From Abditibacterium sp. (GTDB taxonomy: Bacteria; Armatimonadota; Abditibacteriia; Abditibacteriales; Abditibacteriaceae): a stretch of 64,000 nt of DNA. Location: the NCBI GenBank assembly GCA_965199495.1, contig CBDASK010000003.1, positions 2,560,001 to 2,624,000 of the forward strand, read 5' to 3'. Within the stretch, counting starts at the first letter, position 1; each line of letters begins with the position of its first letter. The notes under the pieces were generated by a model. It saw only the letters and a program-made list of their open reading frames with translations. It was not told where the DNA came from and made no database searches. Positions 10,216-19,421 of this stretch are shown one piece after another. Both the position numbers and the translations under genes were made by a program.

Positions 10216-11352
10216 ATGAAAATTCACGAATATCAAGGCAAAGAACTTTTGGCCAAATATGGCGTGCCCGTGCCGCAAGGCCGCGTCGCCTCGACTCCCG
10301 ATGAAGTCGAAACCATCGCGCGCGAAATTGGCAAACCCGTCGTCGTCAAAGCGCAGGTTCACACCGGCGGACGCGGCAAAGCGGGCGGCATCAAAGTCGG
10401 CAAAACGCCCGAAGAAGCGCGCGAAGTCGCCACGCAAATTTTGGGCATGGACTTGAAAGGCTTCACGGTCGAGAAAGTTTTGGTCGAAGAGGCCGCCGAC
10501 ATCAAAGAAGAATATTATCTGGGCATCACGACCGACCGCGCCGCGCGGCGTAATATCGTGATGGTCTCCAAAGAAGGCGGCATCGAAATCGAAATCGTCG
10601 CCGAAGAGAACCCCGACGCCATCGCCAAATTGCATCTCGATCCGGCGATTGGTCTGCAAGATTACCAGATGCGCCAACTGGGTTTCGACGCCAAATTGCC
10701 CAAAGAAGCCCTGCGCGGCATGGGGCCGTTTTTGAAGGCGCTTTACAATTTGTATCTCGATTACGATTGCTCGCTCGCCGAAATCAACCCTCTGGTTCTC
10801 ACGGGCGACGGCAAACTCATCGCCGCCGATGCCAAAGTCGTTCTGGACGATAACGCTTTGTTTCGCCATCCCGATTTGGCGCAGTATCAGGAAGAGCAGG
10901 AAGACGATCCCATCGAAGCCGAGGCGCACAAGCGCGGCCTGACTTACGTGCGTTTGGACGGCGACATCGGCATTATCGGCAACGGCGCCGGTTTGGTGAT
11001 GACGACTTTGGACGTTGTGCAGCGCGAAGGCGGACGCCCGGCGAACTTCCTCGACATCGGCGGCGGCGCCAAAGCCGAAACCGTGACGACGGCGATTGAC
11101 ACGGTTTTGCTCGACAAAAACGTGAAAGGCATTTTCTTCAACATTTTCGGCGGCATCACGCGCGGCGACGAAGTGGCGAAAGGAATGCTCGAAGCGATTG
11201 GTACGATGGACATCAAAGTTCCGATTGTCGTGCGCTTGACGGGCACACGCGCCGAAGAAGGTTTAAAATTGCTCGAAGGTTCGAGTCTGGTCGGCGCGGC
11301 GACGATGCAGGAAGGCGCTCAGAAGATCGTCGCGTTGGTGAACGCGGCTTAG
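10216..11352 (+). CDS. sucC: Succinate--CoA ligase beta subunit
   Basis: MKIHEYQGK, GGRGKAGG, GNGAGL, PANFLDIGGGA, NIFGGI. Confidence 0.97.
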   Translation: MKIHEYQGKELLAKYGVPVPQGRVASTPDEVETIAREIGKPVVVKAQVHTGGRGKAGGIKVGKTPEEAREVATQILGMDLKGFTVEKVLVEEAADIKEEYYLGITTDRAARRNIVMVSKEGGIEIEIVAEENPDAIAKLHLDPAIGLQDYQMRQLGFDAKLPKEALRGMGPFLKALYNLYLDYDCSLAEINPLVLTGDGKLIAADAKVVLDDNALFRHPDLAQYQEEQEDDPIEAEAHKRGLTYVRLDGDIGIIGNGAGLVMTTLDVVQREGGRPANFLDIGGGAKAETVTTAIDTVLLDKNVKGIFFNIFGGITRGDEVAKGMLEAIGTMDIKVPIVVRLTGTRAEEGLKLLEGSSLVGAATMQEGAQKIVALVNAA

Positions 11353-11368
11353 TTGTATTTATTGCGTC

Positions 11369-11413
11369 AAAATCGAACGCTCGCTTCCGAACCAGAAGCG
11401 AGCGTTCGATTTT
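11369..11413 (+). terminator. Intrinsic terminator-like hairpin after sucC
   Basis: aaaatcgaacgctcgcttc ... gaagcgagcgttcgatttt. Confidence 0.75.
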
Positions 11414-11447
11414 ATTTGGCGCCCATTTTGCGCCTTACGATTTCGTT

Positions 11448-12155
11448 ATGCTCCCTTTTAAACGCATGATGCCCGTGGCTGTGTTGGCGGCGACTTTCGC
11501 TGTGGCCACGCCGTCCGAGTCGGCGCCCGGCGAAAAGTATCCGCAAACCAAAACTCGCGTTTTGACCAACGCCCAGGTCGCCAAACTGACGCCCGCTCAA
11601 CGCCAATATGCCATCAACGAAATTTATGCGCGTCACGGTTTGCTTTTTGGCGACGTGGCTTTGCGCAAACAGTTTCTGCCTTACAAATGGTATAAACCCG
11701 AACCGGGCCTGAGCGGAGACCAAATTCGCCAACGTTTTTCCTCGACCGAAAAGCGCAACGTCGAACGCCTGGCGCTGGCGCGCGAAGTCTCCAAAAACGA
11801 TGATGTGGACTCTGATGTCGAAGCGGCGCCGCCTTATGTCAGTCCCTACAAGCGCGGCTCACAGGGCTTGGTAGGCGAACATTTTCCCGAAACGCGTTTG
11901 AATGTGTTCGATCCAGACAAGATTTACAACATGACCGACGCGCAGTTGCGTTATGCCATCAACGAGATGTATGCGCGGCACGGCTTCAATTTCGGTGACA
12001 TGACCCTTCGCAAACAGTTTCTTCAGTTCGGTTGGTATAAACCCAAAGTTGGCGCTTCGATGGCCGCCATCGAAAAGAGTTTTTCGGGGCGCGAACGCGA
12101 CAACCTTTCCGCCTTGAACGACGAGCGTGGCGCGCGCAACGAGCCAGCCAATTAA
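11448..12155 (+). CDS. Secreted tandem YARHG-domain protein
   Basis: Signal peptide; NEIYARHG and NEMYARHG. Confidence 0.9.
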   Translation: MLPFKRMMPVAVLAATFAVATPSESAPGEKYPQTKTRVLTNAQVAKLTPAQRQYAINEIYARHGLLFGDVALRKQFLPYKWYKPEPGLSGDQIRQRFSSTEKRNVERLALAREVSKNDDVDSDVEAAPPYVSPYKRGSQGLVGEHFPETRLNVFDPDKIYNMTDAQLRYAINEMYARHGFNFGDMTLRKQFLQFGWYKPKVGASMAAIEKSFSGRERDNLSALNDERGARNEPAN

Positions 12156-12192
12156 AATATCTAAGCCGCCCCAATTTCGCGGCTCCCTTCCC

Positions 12193-12954
12193 ATGAAAAA
12201 CATTCCCCTTGCTCTCGAACTCTACTCGCTGCGCGACGATGCGCCCAAAGATATGGCGGGCACTCTCAAGAAAGTCGGCGAAATCGGCTATGACGCCGTT
12301 GAATTCGCCGGATATTTCGGCCACAGCGCCGCCGATCTGAAAAAGATGCTCGATGACGCGGGCCTCAAATGCGCCGGAACGCACACCGGACTCGATACGG
12401 TTTCCGATGACCAAATCAAAGAAACCGCCGAGTTCATGGCGACTCTGGGCAGTCCGTTTTTGATCGTGCCGGGCGTTGGCAAAGAGTATCAGGGCACGCG
12501 CGATGGCGCGATGCGTTTGGCCGAAAAGATGACGCAAGCCTCCAAAACCGCCGCCGAATTTGGCGCGCGCGTCGGCTACCACAATCATATGTGGGAATTC
12601 GAGCCACTGCCCGGCGACACTTTCGCGATGGAGATTCTGGCGACCAACACGCCGCCCGAATTTATTTTGCAAGTGGACTCCGGCAACTTGCAGGAAGCCG
12701 GAGTTAGCCCCGTCGAGTTCATGGAAAAATGGAGCCGCCGCATGGGCACGGTTCACATCAAGCCGTATGTCAAGAGCGAAGACGATTTCAGCCGCTATTT
12801 CATCGGCGAAGACGACAGCGATTGGCCCGCGATTTTAGGCGCGATTAACCCGGCCAACACGCAATACGTTATCGTCGAGCAGGAGCGTTATCCTAACGGT
12901 TTGACGCCGCTGGAATGCGTGAAAAAGTGCTACGATAATTTGCAGAAAATGTAA
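12193..12954 (+). CDS. Sugar phosphate isomerase/epimerase (TIM barrel)
   Basis: LYSLRD, GYDAVEFAG, GYHNH, VHIK, VEQE. Confidence 0.88.
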   Translation: MKNIPLALELYSLRDDAPKDMAGTLKKVGEIGYDAVEFAGYFGHSAADLKKMLDDAGLKCAGTHTGLDTVSDDQIKETAEFMATLGSPFLIVPGVGKEYQGTRDGAMRLAEKMTQASKTAAEFGARVGYHNHMWEFEPLPGDTFAMEILATNTPPEFILQVDSGNLQEAGVSPVEFMEKWSRRMGTVHIKPYVKSEDDFSRYFIGEDDSDWPAILGAINPANTQYVIVEQERYPNGLTPLECVKKCYDNLQKM

Positions 12955-12960
12955 GATTTA

Positions 12961-13079
12961 TTTCTCACAAAGAACACAAAGATCGCACAAAGGTAACAAA
13001 GAGTTTGAAGAAAATAAAAGGTTAGCTCTCTTCATTTCCTTTGTTTCCTTTGTGCGATCTTCGTGTTCTTTGTGAGAAA
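12961..13079. repeat. Inverted repeat built from CACAAAG units
   Basis: 41-bp near-perfect arms at 12961-13001 and 13039-13079. Confidence 0.85.
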
Positions 13080-13091
13080 CTCAATATCAAG

Positions 13092-13508
13092 ATGGCTGAT
13101 AAAAACGAGAAAGTCCGCCTCGATTTGTGGCTCAAGCACGTTTGTCTTTACAAGCACCGCAACGAAGCCACAACCGATTGCAACGGCGGCAAAATCAAAC
13201 TCAACGGCGGGCGCGCCAAAGCCGCCGCCTCGATCAAAGAAGGCGATGTCGTCGAGTTTCGGCGCGGCGATTGGGAGCGCAAATTCGTGATCACGGGTTT
13301 GCCCGCCAAGCAGGTCGCCAAAGAACGCGCCGAAGAGTTCTACCGCGACGAAAGCGGTGAGCGTCCCGAAAAACAGACGCCGTTTGAAAAAGCGATGGGC
13401 GCGCCACTGCGCGACAGAGGCGCGGGGCGTCCGACTAAGCGCGACCGCCGCGACTTGGAACGCGAAGGGTTTCGGCGCGACGCGAGCGGAGATTATGGTG
13501 ACGAATGA
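13092..13508 (+). CDS. hslR: S4-domain RNA-binding protein (Hsp15)
   Basis: VRLDLWL...YKHR; C-terminal GRPTKRDRR. Confidence 0.85.
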   Translation: MADKNEKVRLDLWLKHVCLYKHRNEATTDCNGGKIKLNGGRAKAAASIKEGDVVEFRRGDWERKFVITGLPAKQVAKERAEEFYRDESGERPEKQTPFEKAMGAPLRDRGAGRPTKRDRRDLEREGFRRDASGDYGDE

Positions 13509-13977
13509 AGAATATAAGCGGCAAAACTTGCGGCTGTTGGCGCGCGCAAAAGAAGCTCGAAGAGACGGCAAGTTTTGCTCGATAGTGACTCGGCAGGAGA
13601 AGGGGGCAGCAATCCCCACAGATTTCTTGTTGTCCCTCGAAGACAGTGAATTGCGGTTGGTAGCCGAGCAAAAAGAGCAGTCTTTTCGTGTTGCTTTGAG
13701 TTCGCTCCAAAATGTTCGATGGTCTCGCAACAATGAAAGCACTTGGTGGATAGAGCTTAAGTTCGAGGTCGCAGATGAAAGTTACCGGTTGCATTTCTGG
13801 TCGCCCACGGAATTCAGAATATTTCGCATAACCGGCGGCTCTTTGATGTGGTTTCTTCGCATGATATGCCGCATAAGGGACATACAAAAAGCTAACTTCG
13901 CCGAAGCCGAAAAGTGGCGCGCCGTTTTCCCCGATGCCGAATTTCCCGACACCCAAATCAAAAATGCAAAATCCTGA
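13495..13977 (+). CDS. Hypothetical protein
   Basis: Overlaps both neighbours as in translational coupling; atypical codon use. Confidence 0.5.
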   Translation: MVTNEEYKRQNLRLLARAKEARRDGKFCSIVTRQEKGAAIPTDFLLSLEDSELRLVAEQKEQSFRVALSSLQNVRWSRNNESTWWIELKFEVADESYRLHFWSPTEFRIFRITGGSLMWFLRMICRIRDIQKANFAEAEKWRAVFPDAEFPDTQIKNAKS

Positions 13978-14347
13978 ACCGCGTTTTTATCCGTCCTACT
14001 GTTTGCGCATTGACGACTACGGCGTTTGGCGCTCGATGGATAAAAGCAAGCGCGCTGCCATCGGTTGGAAATTCGTCAACGATATTCGCCGCCTTCAAAT
14101 GGAGCGCATTCAAGAAATTCATCCCGATTGGAACGAATCGCAGCACTGTTTGATGTTCTTCAAATTGGCTTATCGCGGCGAAAACTTCGAGTTGTTCGCC
14201 AACGCTAAAATCAAACGCGGCGATTTCACCGAATCCGAAGTCGAGGCGGTGCGCGCGATTCCAATTCCGACCGAGCGCGCCGATGCCTTGCGCTATGCGG
14301 GCATTTCGCATCCGCTATTAGACGAAAGCAAGTTGTATTGGCCTTGA
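13964..14347 (+). CDS. Hypothetical protein
   Basis: Coupled ORF; no confident family. Confidence 0.55.
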   Translation: MQNPEPRFYPSYCLRIDDYGVWRSMDKSKRAAIGWKFVNDIRRLQMERIQEIHPDWNESQHCLMFFKLAYRGENFELFANAKIKRGDFTESEVEAVRAIPIPTERADALRYAGISHPLLDESKLYWP

Positions 14348-14432
14348 GCCGGACGACGTGGCTGCTGTTTCAGGCAAAGCCGGATTCAACGAAACGCAAA
14401 CTCAGTCAGACTAAGCAACCAACCAAAATACC

Positions 14433-15317
14433 ATGAGCATTCTCATCAACAAGCAGACCAAAGTCGTCGTGCAGGGCGTCACCGGGCGCGAAGGCACGTT
14501 TCACACCCAGCAGATGCTGGATTACGGCACCAAAATTGTCGCGGGTGTCACGCCCGGCAAGGGCGGCCAATTTCTCGAACACGGCGACGATACCGTGCCG
14601 GTTTTCAACACCGTTAAAGAAGCCGTCGCCATGACGGGCGCCGACGTTTCGGTGATTTTCGTGCCGCCACCCTTTGGCGCCGACGCGATTATGGAAGCCG
14701 TTGACGCGGGCTGCAAAGGCATCGTCTGCATCACCGAGGGCATCCCGATTCAGGACATGATGCGCACTTATCGCTTCGTCAAAGAGCGCGACGGCTGGAT
14801 GATCGGCCCGAACTGTCCGGGTTTGATTACGCCCGGCGAATGCAAAATCGGCATCGTGCCAGCGTCCATTTTTATGCCCGGCAACATCGGCGTCGTCTCG
14901 CGTTCGGGCACGCTAACCTACGAAATCGTGGACGAATTGACGCGCAACGGCATGGGCCAGAGCACCTGCGTCGGCATCGGCGGCGACCCGATTATCGGTT
15001 CGAGTTTCGTTGACGTGTTGGGCTGGTTCAACGCCGACCCCGACACGCACGCCGTCGTTTTGAGCGGTGAAATCGGCGGCGACGACGAAGAGAAAGCGGC
15101 GGAATATATCAAGAATCACATGACCAAACCGGTCGTGGCGTTCATCGCTGGCAAAACCGCGCCTCCCGGCAAACAGATGGGCCACGCTGGAGCGATTGTT
15201 TCGGGCAGCGCGGGCAGCGCGGCCTCGAAAATCGAAGCATTTGGCAATGCGGGCGTCGAAGTCGCCGATTTGCCGTCGGATGTGATTCCGCTTTTGAAGA
15301 AAGCGTTGGGACGTTAG
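14433..15317 (+). CDS. sucD: Succinate--CoA ligase alpha subunit
   Basis: [33 protein letters not shown]. Confidence 0.97.
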   Translation: MSILINKQTKVVVQGVTGREGTFHTQQMLDYGTKIVAGVTPGKGGQFLEHGDDTVPVFNTVKEAVAMTGADVSVIFVPPPFGADAIMEAVDAGCKGIVCITEGIPIQDMMRTYRFVKERDGWMIGPNCPGLITPGECKIGIVPASIFMPGNIGVVSRSGTLTYEIVDELTRNGMGQSTCVGIGGDPIIGSSFVDVLGWFNADPDTHAVVLSGEIGGDDEEKAAEYIKNHMTKPVVAFIAGKTAPPGKQMGHAGAIVSGSAGSAASKIEAFGNAGVEVADLPSDVIPLLKKALGR

Positions 15318-15421
15318 AGACCGCAAGAGTGACAGAAAGGGTCGTGCGAAATGCGCGGCCCTTTTTGTCATACTCGGAGCCAGCGAACCAGATTTTCGTA
15401 ATACCAACGCGAGGGACAACT

Positions 15422-15616
15422 ATGAAAACAATTCCAGAGAATGCGACAGCAAACCAAACCGAGAAGAGTGCGCGCGTGGCGCTTCGGGAAAAGTTGAACA
15501 AGCTCGCCGAAAATCCGCCTGTTGTGCCCTCGCCCGGACTATCGGTGAAATTTGAGGCCGCCCTTGAAATCACCTTGCGCGAGGATAAGGAACTTCTCGA
15601 ACGGCTCGCTCAATAA
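15422..15616 (+). CDS. Putative antitoxin of the Doc toxin
   Basis: 64 aa directly upstream of doc; C-terminal FEAALE...ELLERLAQ resembles Doc-associated antitoxins. Confidence 0.6.
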   Translation: MKTIPENATANQTEKSARVALREKLNKLAENPPVVPSPGLSVKFEAALEITLREDKELLERLAQ

Positions 15617-15625
15617 TCGTTTTTT

Positions 15626-16567
15626 ATGCTGACTTACGCTCAGGTCTTGCAACTTCACCAAGCGGCCATCCGAGAATTTGGCGGATCCAACGGCATTCGA
15701 GATCAAAACCTGATTCTTTCGGCAATCGCTCAACCCCATCAATCTTTTGGTGGGGTTGATCTTTATCCAACGCTCATTGCCAAAGCTGCGGCGTTGGGCT
15801 GGTCATTGGCCAAGAATCATGGTTTTGTTGACGGCAACAAACGCGTCGGCTGGCTTGCCACCAAAGTCGTGCTGTTTCAACTCGGCTATCATCTCAATTG
15901 CAGCGCCGACGAAGGTGAAGCGATAATGCTCGGCATCGTCGCGGGCGAGTTCGATATTGCCGATTTCGCGTTGTGGATCGAAAGCGTCGTCGTGCCCGTG
16001 GCTGCTGATAGCACGGAAGAATTGCTTGAATCCCTGTTGCGTCTTGGACAACTGTTACACAAAATAGCACTCGTTGTAGATGACTATAGAAAAGAATCGA
16101 GTCTCAACAGAAAGAGAATGGATTTCATGATCATTTCTCCCTCTCTGAACACGAAATTCGCTCAGAAAAGGCTTCAAGAGGCTATGAAGTTGAATGTTGA
16201 TTCTTTGACAATATCCTTGTCTGACACCGTAAATTTTATAGAAATAGAAGTCGAAACTATAGGTGCAAACTCATCTGATGCTCTGGCTTGGCTTTACGTA
16301 GATGCAAAAAAATATAAAGAAGAAGTTTTAGACTATTTGGTAAATGTAGGATATGCAATCAACTCGGTAGATCAAGCTGTTGAGGGCATACAAGCGTTCC
16401 AATCCTCAACAAAATCGCTGCAAAAAACTTCTGATTATCCACCTTTAAAAAATTCTTTGGGCTTGCTCTTAAATACTTTGGATGACCTGACATTTCTCTT
16501 CAATCAAAATTGGTTCTCGTTTAAGGAAATGTTTGACATCGCCAAAAAGAAGCTTGACGAATCTTGA
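15626..16567 (+). CDS. doc: Doc (Fic-fold) toxin with long C-terminal helical extension
   Basis: GGSNGIRD, NHGFVDGNKR; AT-rich tail of about 185 aa. Confidence 0.85.
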   Translation: MLTYAQVLQLHQAAIREFGGSNGIRDQNLILSAIAQPHQSFGGVDLYPTLIAKAAALGWSLAKNHGFVDGNKRVGWLATKVVLFQLGYHLNCSADEGEAIMLGIVAGEFDIADFALWIESVVVPVAADSTEELLESLLRLGQLLHKIALVVDDYRKESSLNRKRMDFMIISPSLNTKFAQKRLQEAMKLNVDSLTISLSDTVNFIEIEVETIGANSSDALAWLYVDAKKYKEEVLDYLVNVGYAINSVDQAVEGIQAFQSSTKSLQKTSDYPPLKNSLGLLLNTLDDLTFLFNQNWFSFKEMFDIAKKKLDES

Positions 16568-17124
16568 ACCATAAGCGCGAAGGAGCATCCCAAACTATCA
16601 CGCTCAACGGCATTCCGCGCGACATGGCTTCGGCGCGCGCCCTCGCGCTCAAAAAAGATGACTACGTGCGCAAAGAGTTCGAGAAATGGGCGGTTTTGAC
16701 TTATTCGCGTCACTACGCTATCATCAACACCAAAAAGGGCGCCGATGGCGGCGTGGACGGCACCCAGTATTTCCCGCTTCAATTCGTATCACCCGAAGTC
16801 GGCAAAGTGTTGTATCAGGTCAAATCGGGGCACGTAGGGCGCGGCGATATCGCCAAACTGCGCGGCGATATGCTCGGCAACGGCGCGCAACTGGGCGTTT
16901 TCATCACGCTCGAAGAGCCGACGGCGCCGATGAAGACCGAGGCCCACAAAGCTGGCAATTACCATCTCGAACTGCTGAAAAAGGATTATCCGGTAATTCC
17001 CATCGTGACCGCGCGCGAAATCGTCGAAGCGGGCGCGCGTTTGGAGTTGCCGATTTCGCACGAATTGAACAAACGCACCGCCGCCAGCAGCAAACGCGCC
17101 GGTGTCGCGCTCGATTTCGGGTAG
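16564..17124 (+). pseudogene. Mrr-like PD-(D/E)xK endonuclease domain, probably a remnant of a methyltransferase-endonuclease fusion
   Basis: FEKWA...GADGGVDG...QVKSG...GVFITLEEPT; TTG start; no methyltransferase upstream. Confidence 0.6.
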
Positions 17125-17182
17125 CGCGCTGCAGCCACGGCGACGGCGTTGTGTTTAAACTCTCGAACCGAAAACCCAAATT

Positions 17183-17356
17183 ATGAACCCCGAAGAGAAT
17201 ATCGAAGCCGAAAATAGCGAAGAAGAACGCGAATTCACCGAAGAGGGCGAACAGCAACCGCTTCCGCCCAAACCCAAAGTCGAGCGCGTGAAAAAAGATT
17301 TGCCCAAGAAAAAATGGCGCAAGCAAGGTTTGCGCAAATCCACGCGCAATCGTTGA
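17183..17356 (+). CDS. Small bipolar protein (57 aa), below the ORF-track cutoff
   Basis: MNPEENIEAENSEEEREFTEEGEQQPLPPKPKVERVKKDLPKKKWRKQGLRKSTRNR. Confidence 0.55.
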   Translation: MNPEENIEAENSEEEREFTEEGEQQPLPPKPKVERVKKDLPKKKWRKQGLRKSTRNR

Positions 17357-17363
17357 GCGAAAT

Positions 17364-17783
17364 ATGAAACCAATTACCGTAAATTACACCGGAGACTTAC
17401 ACTGCGAAGCCTTACATCCCGATTCGGGCAGCACGCTTTCGACCGATGCGCCCAAAGATAATCAAGGCTTGGGCGAAGCGTTTTCGCCGACCGATTTGCT
17501 GGCGACGGCTTATGCGACGTGCGTGATGACGATTTTAGCGTTGCTGGCGCGTCGCCTGGATGTCGAAATGGCGGGCGCGACCGCGCGCGTTGACAAGCAG
17601 ATGAGCGCGGATTCGCCGCGCCGCATTGTGGCGTTGCCTTTGACGGTTACGATTCCGGCGATGCCATCGGACGAGAATCGCCGAAAATTAGAACAAGCCG
17701 CGCTGACGTGTCCCGTTCATCATTCGCTGCATCCGAGCATTGATAAAACGATCACGTTTCAATGGGGCGCGGCACAAGATTGA
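17364..17783 (+). CDS. OsmC family protein
   Basis: TDAPKDNQG, FSPTDLL..A.ATC, CPVHHSL. Confidence 0.9.
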   Translation: MKPITVNYTGDLHCEALHPDSGSTLSTDAPKDNQGLGEAFSPTDLLATAYATCVMTILALLARRLDVEMAGATARVDKQMSADSPRRIVALPLTVTIPAMPSDENRRKLEQAALTCPVHHSLHPSIDKTITFQWGAAQD

Positions 17784-17834
17784 TTGGCCTCGTTTTTTGT
17801 GGCGCGCGATTTGAACACAGGAACACCGATAAAA

Positions 17835-18326
17835 ATGGGAAAAATCAACTGGAAACAAGTCGGCGCGGGCGTCACGGCGGGCGCGCTGGCGGGCGTGGCT
17901 GGAAGTCTGGCTCTCGCGCTGACAGATATTATCGAACGCAAATACGTCAATCAATCCGATTCGGCGGCTTCCGAAAAAACGGCGGACGCGCTGGGTTTGA
18001 GCGACAATCCCAAACCCGAAACCGGCTGGGCGTCACACGTAAAACATTTCGGTTATGGCGCCGTGGCTGGTGCGATTCGCGGCGGTGTTTTGGCGCTGGG
18101 TTTTACTGGCATTCCCGGCAAATTGATTTATTGGGGCACGACGGCTTTGAGCGCCAAAACAATTTTGCCCGCGATTGGACTCAAGCCACGCTTGGAAAAG
18201 GCGCCGCCCAATTTGTTCGCCAACATCGCGCATCATGTGATTTATGCGGCGGTTTCCGTAGTGGTTCTGGGTTTGTTCAAACGGTTCACGCCGTTCGATC
18301 CCGAAGTGAATGAAGACAATGCTTAA
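17835..18326 (+). CDS. Hypothetical membrane protein
   Basis: TM helices, HFGYG, HHVIYA. Confidence 0.6.
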   Translation: MGKINWKQVGAGVTAGALAGVAGSLALALTDIIERKYVNQSDSAASEKTADALGLSDNPKPETGWASHVKHFGYGAVAGAIRGGVLALGFTGIPGKLIYWGTTALSAKTILPAIGLKPRLEKAPPNLFANIAHHVIYAAVSVVVLGLFKRFTPFDPEVNEDNA

Positions 18327-18400
18327 GTGTTGAGGGCGCAAGCCCCGCAACGGTTTGCAATTTCAAACTGCGCCCGCAATTTGCAAGTTGGCGCCGCGCT

Positions 18401-19360
18401 ATGAAAGCTATTATCGTTCAAGAATTCGGTGGCCCCGAAACCCTGCAACTCCAAACCGTTCCCGATCCCAAACCGCAAAATGGCGAAGTCGTCGTCCGCT
18501 TGCACGCGGCGGGCGTTAATCCCGTCGAGACTTATCAACGCGCGGGCACGCCGCCCTATAACGGCGAGTTGCCGTTTACGCCCGGCTCCGATGGCGCGGG
18601 CGTCATCGCCGCGATTGGCGAAGAAGTTCACGATTGGAAAATCGGTGACCGCGTTTATGTTTATGCGCCGCGCGGGGCGGGCACTTATGCCGAAATGATC
18701 GCCTGCAAATCCAGTCAGGTTCATCGTTTGCCCGATAACGTTTCGTTCGAGCAGGGCGCCGCCATCGGCGTGCCCTATGCGACGGCGCACCGCGCATTAT
18801 TTGGAAAAGCCCATGCCAAAGGCGGCGAAGTCGTGTTTATTCACGGCGCTTCGGGCGGCGTCGGCACGGCGGCGATTCAACTGGCCAATCGCGCTGGACT
18901 CAGCGTGGCTGGTAGCGCGTCCGATGAAGAATTCATCGAAAAAGTCGGCGCGAAATATACCTTTAATCACAATGTCGAAGGCTATATGAGCGACGCGCTG
19001 GGCGCGACCTGCGGGCGCGGTTTTGACATTATTTTGGAAATGCTCGCCAACGAAAATTTGGCTCGCGACCCCGACGTTTTGGCGCCTTTCGGGCGTATTG
19101 TCGTCATCGGTAATCGCGGAGAAGCGACGATTAATGCGCGCGATTGGATGGGCAAAGATGCAACCGTCATGGGCATGACGTTGTTTAACGTGACCGGCGC
19201 GCAGTTGCAGGAAATTCACGCCGATTTAATTGACGGTTTGCAAAGTGGCCAACTGCGCCCGATTATCGCTCAAACCTTTAAATTGGAAGACGCCGCCAAC
19301 AGCCACGTCGCCGTGATGGAAGGCGAATCGCACGGCAAAATCGTGTTGACGATAGAGTAA
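18401..19360 (+). CDS. NADPH:quinone reductase (MDR family)
   Basis: GGPETL, AAGVNP, HGASGGVG, GKIVL. Confidence 0.92.
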   Translation: MKAIIVQEFGGPETLQLQTVPDPKPQNGEVVVRLHAAGVNPVETYQRAGTPPYNGELPFTPGSDGAGVIAAIGEEVHDWKIGDRVYVYAPRGAGTYAEMIACKSSQVHRLPDNVSFEQGAAIGVPYATAHRALFGKAHAKGGEVVFIHGASGGVGTAAIQLANRAGLSVAGSASDEEFIEKVGAKYTFNHNVEGYMSDALGATCGRGFDIILEMLANENLARDPDVLAPFGRIVVIGNRGEATINARDWMGKDATVMGMTLFNVTGAQLQEIHADLIDGLQSGQLRPIIAQTFKLEDAANSHVAVMEGESHGKIVLTIE

Positions 19361-19421
19361 CGATGGAAATTTCTGTCCGCTAACTTTCCTCATTTTTATG
19401 TAAAATAGAAGTGAAATTACT

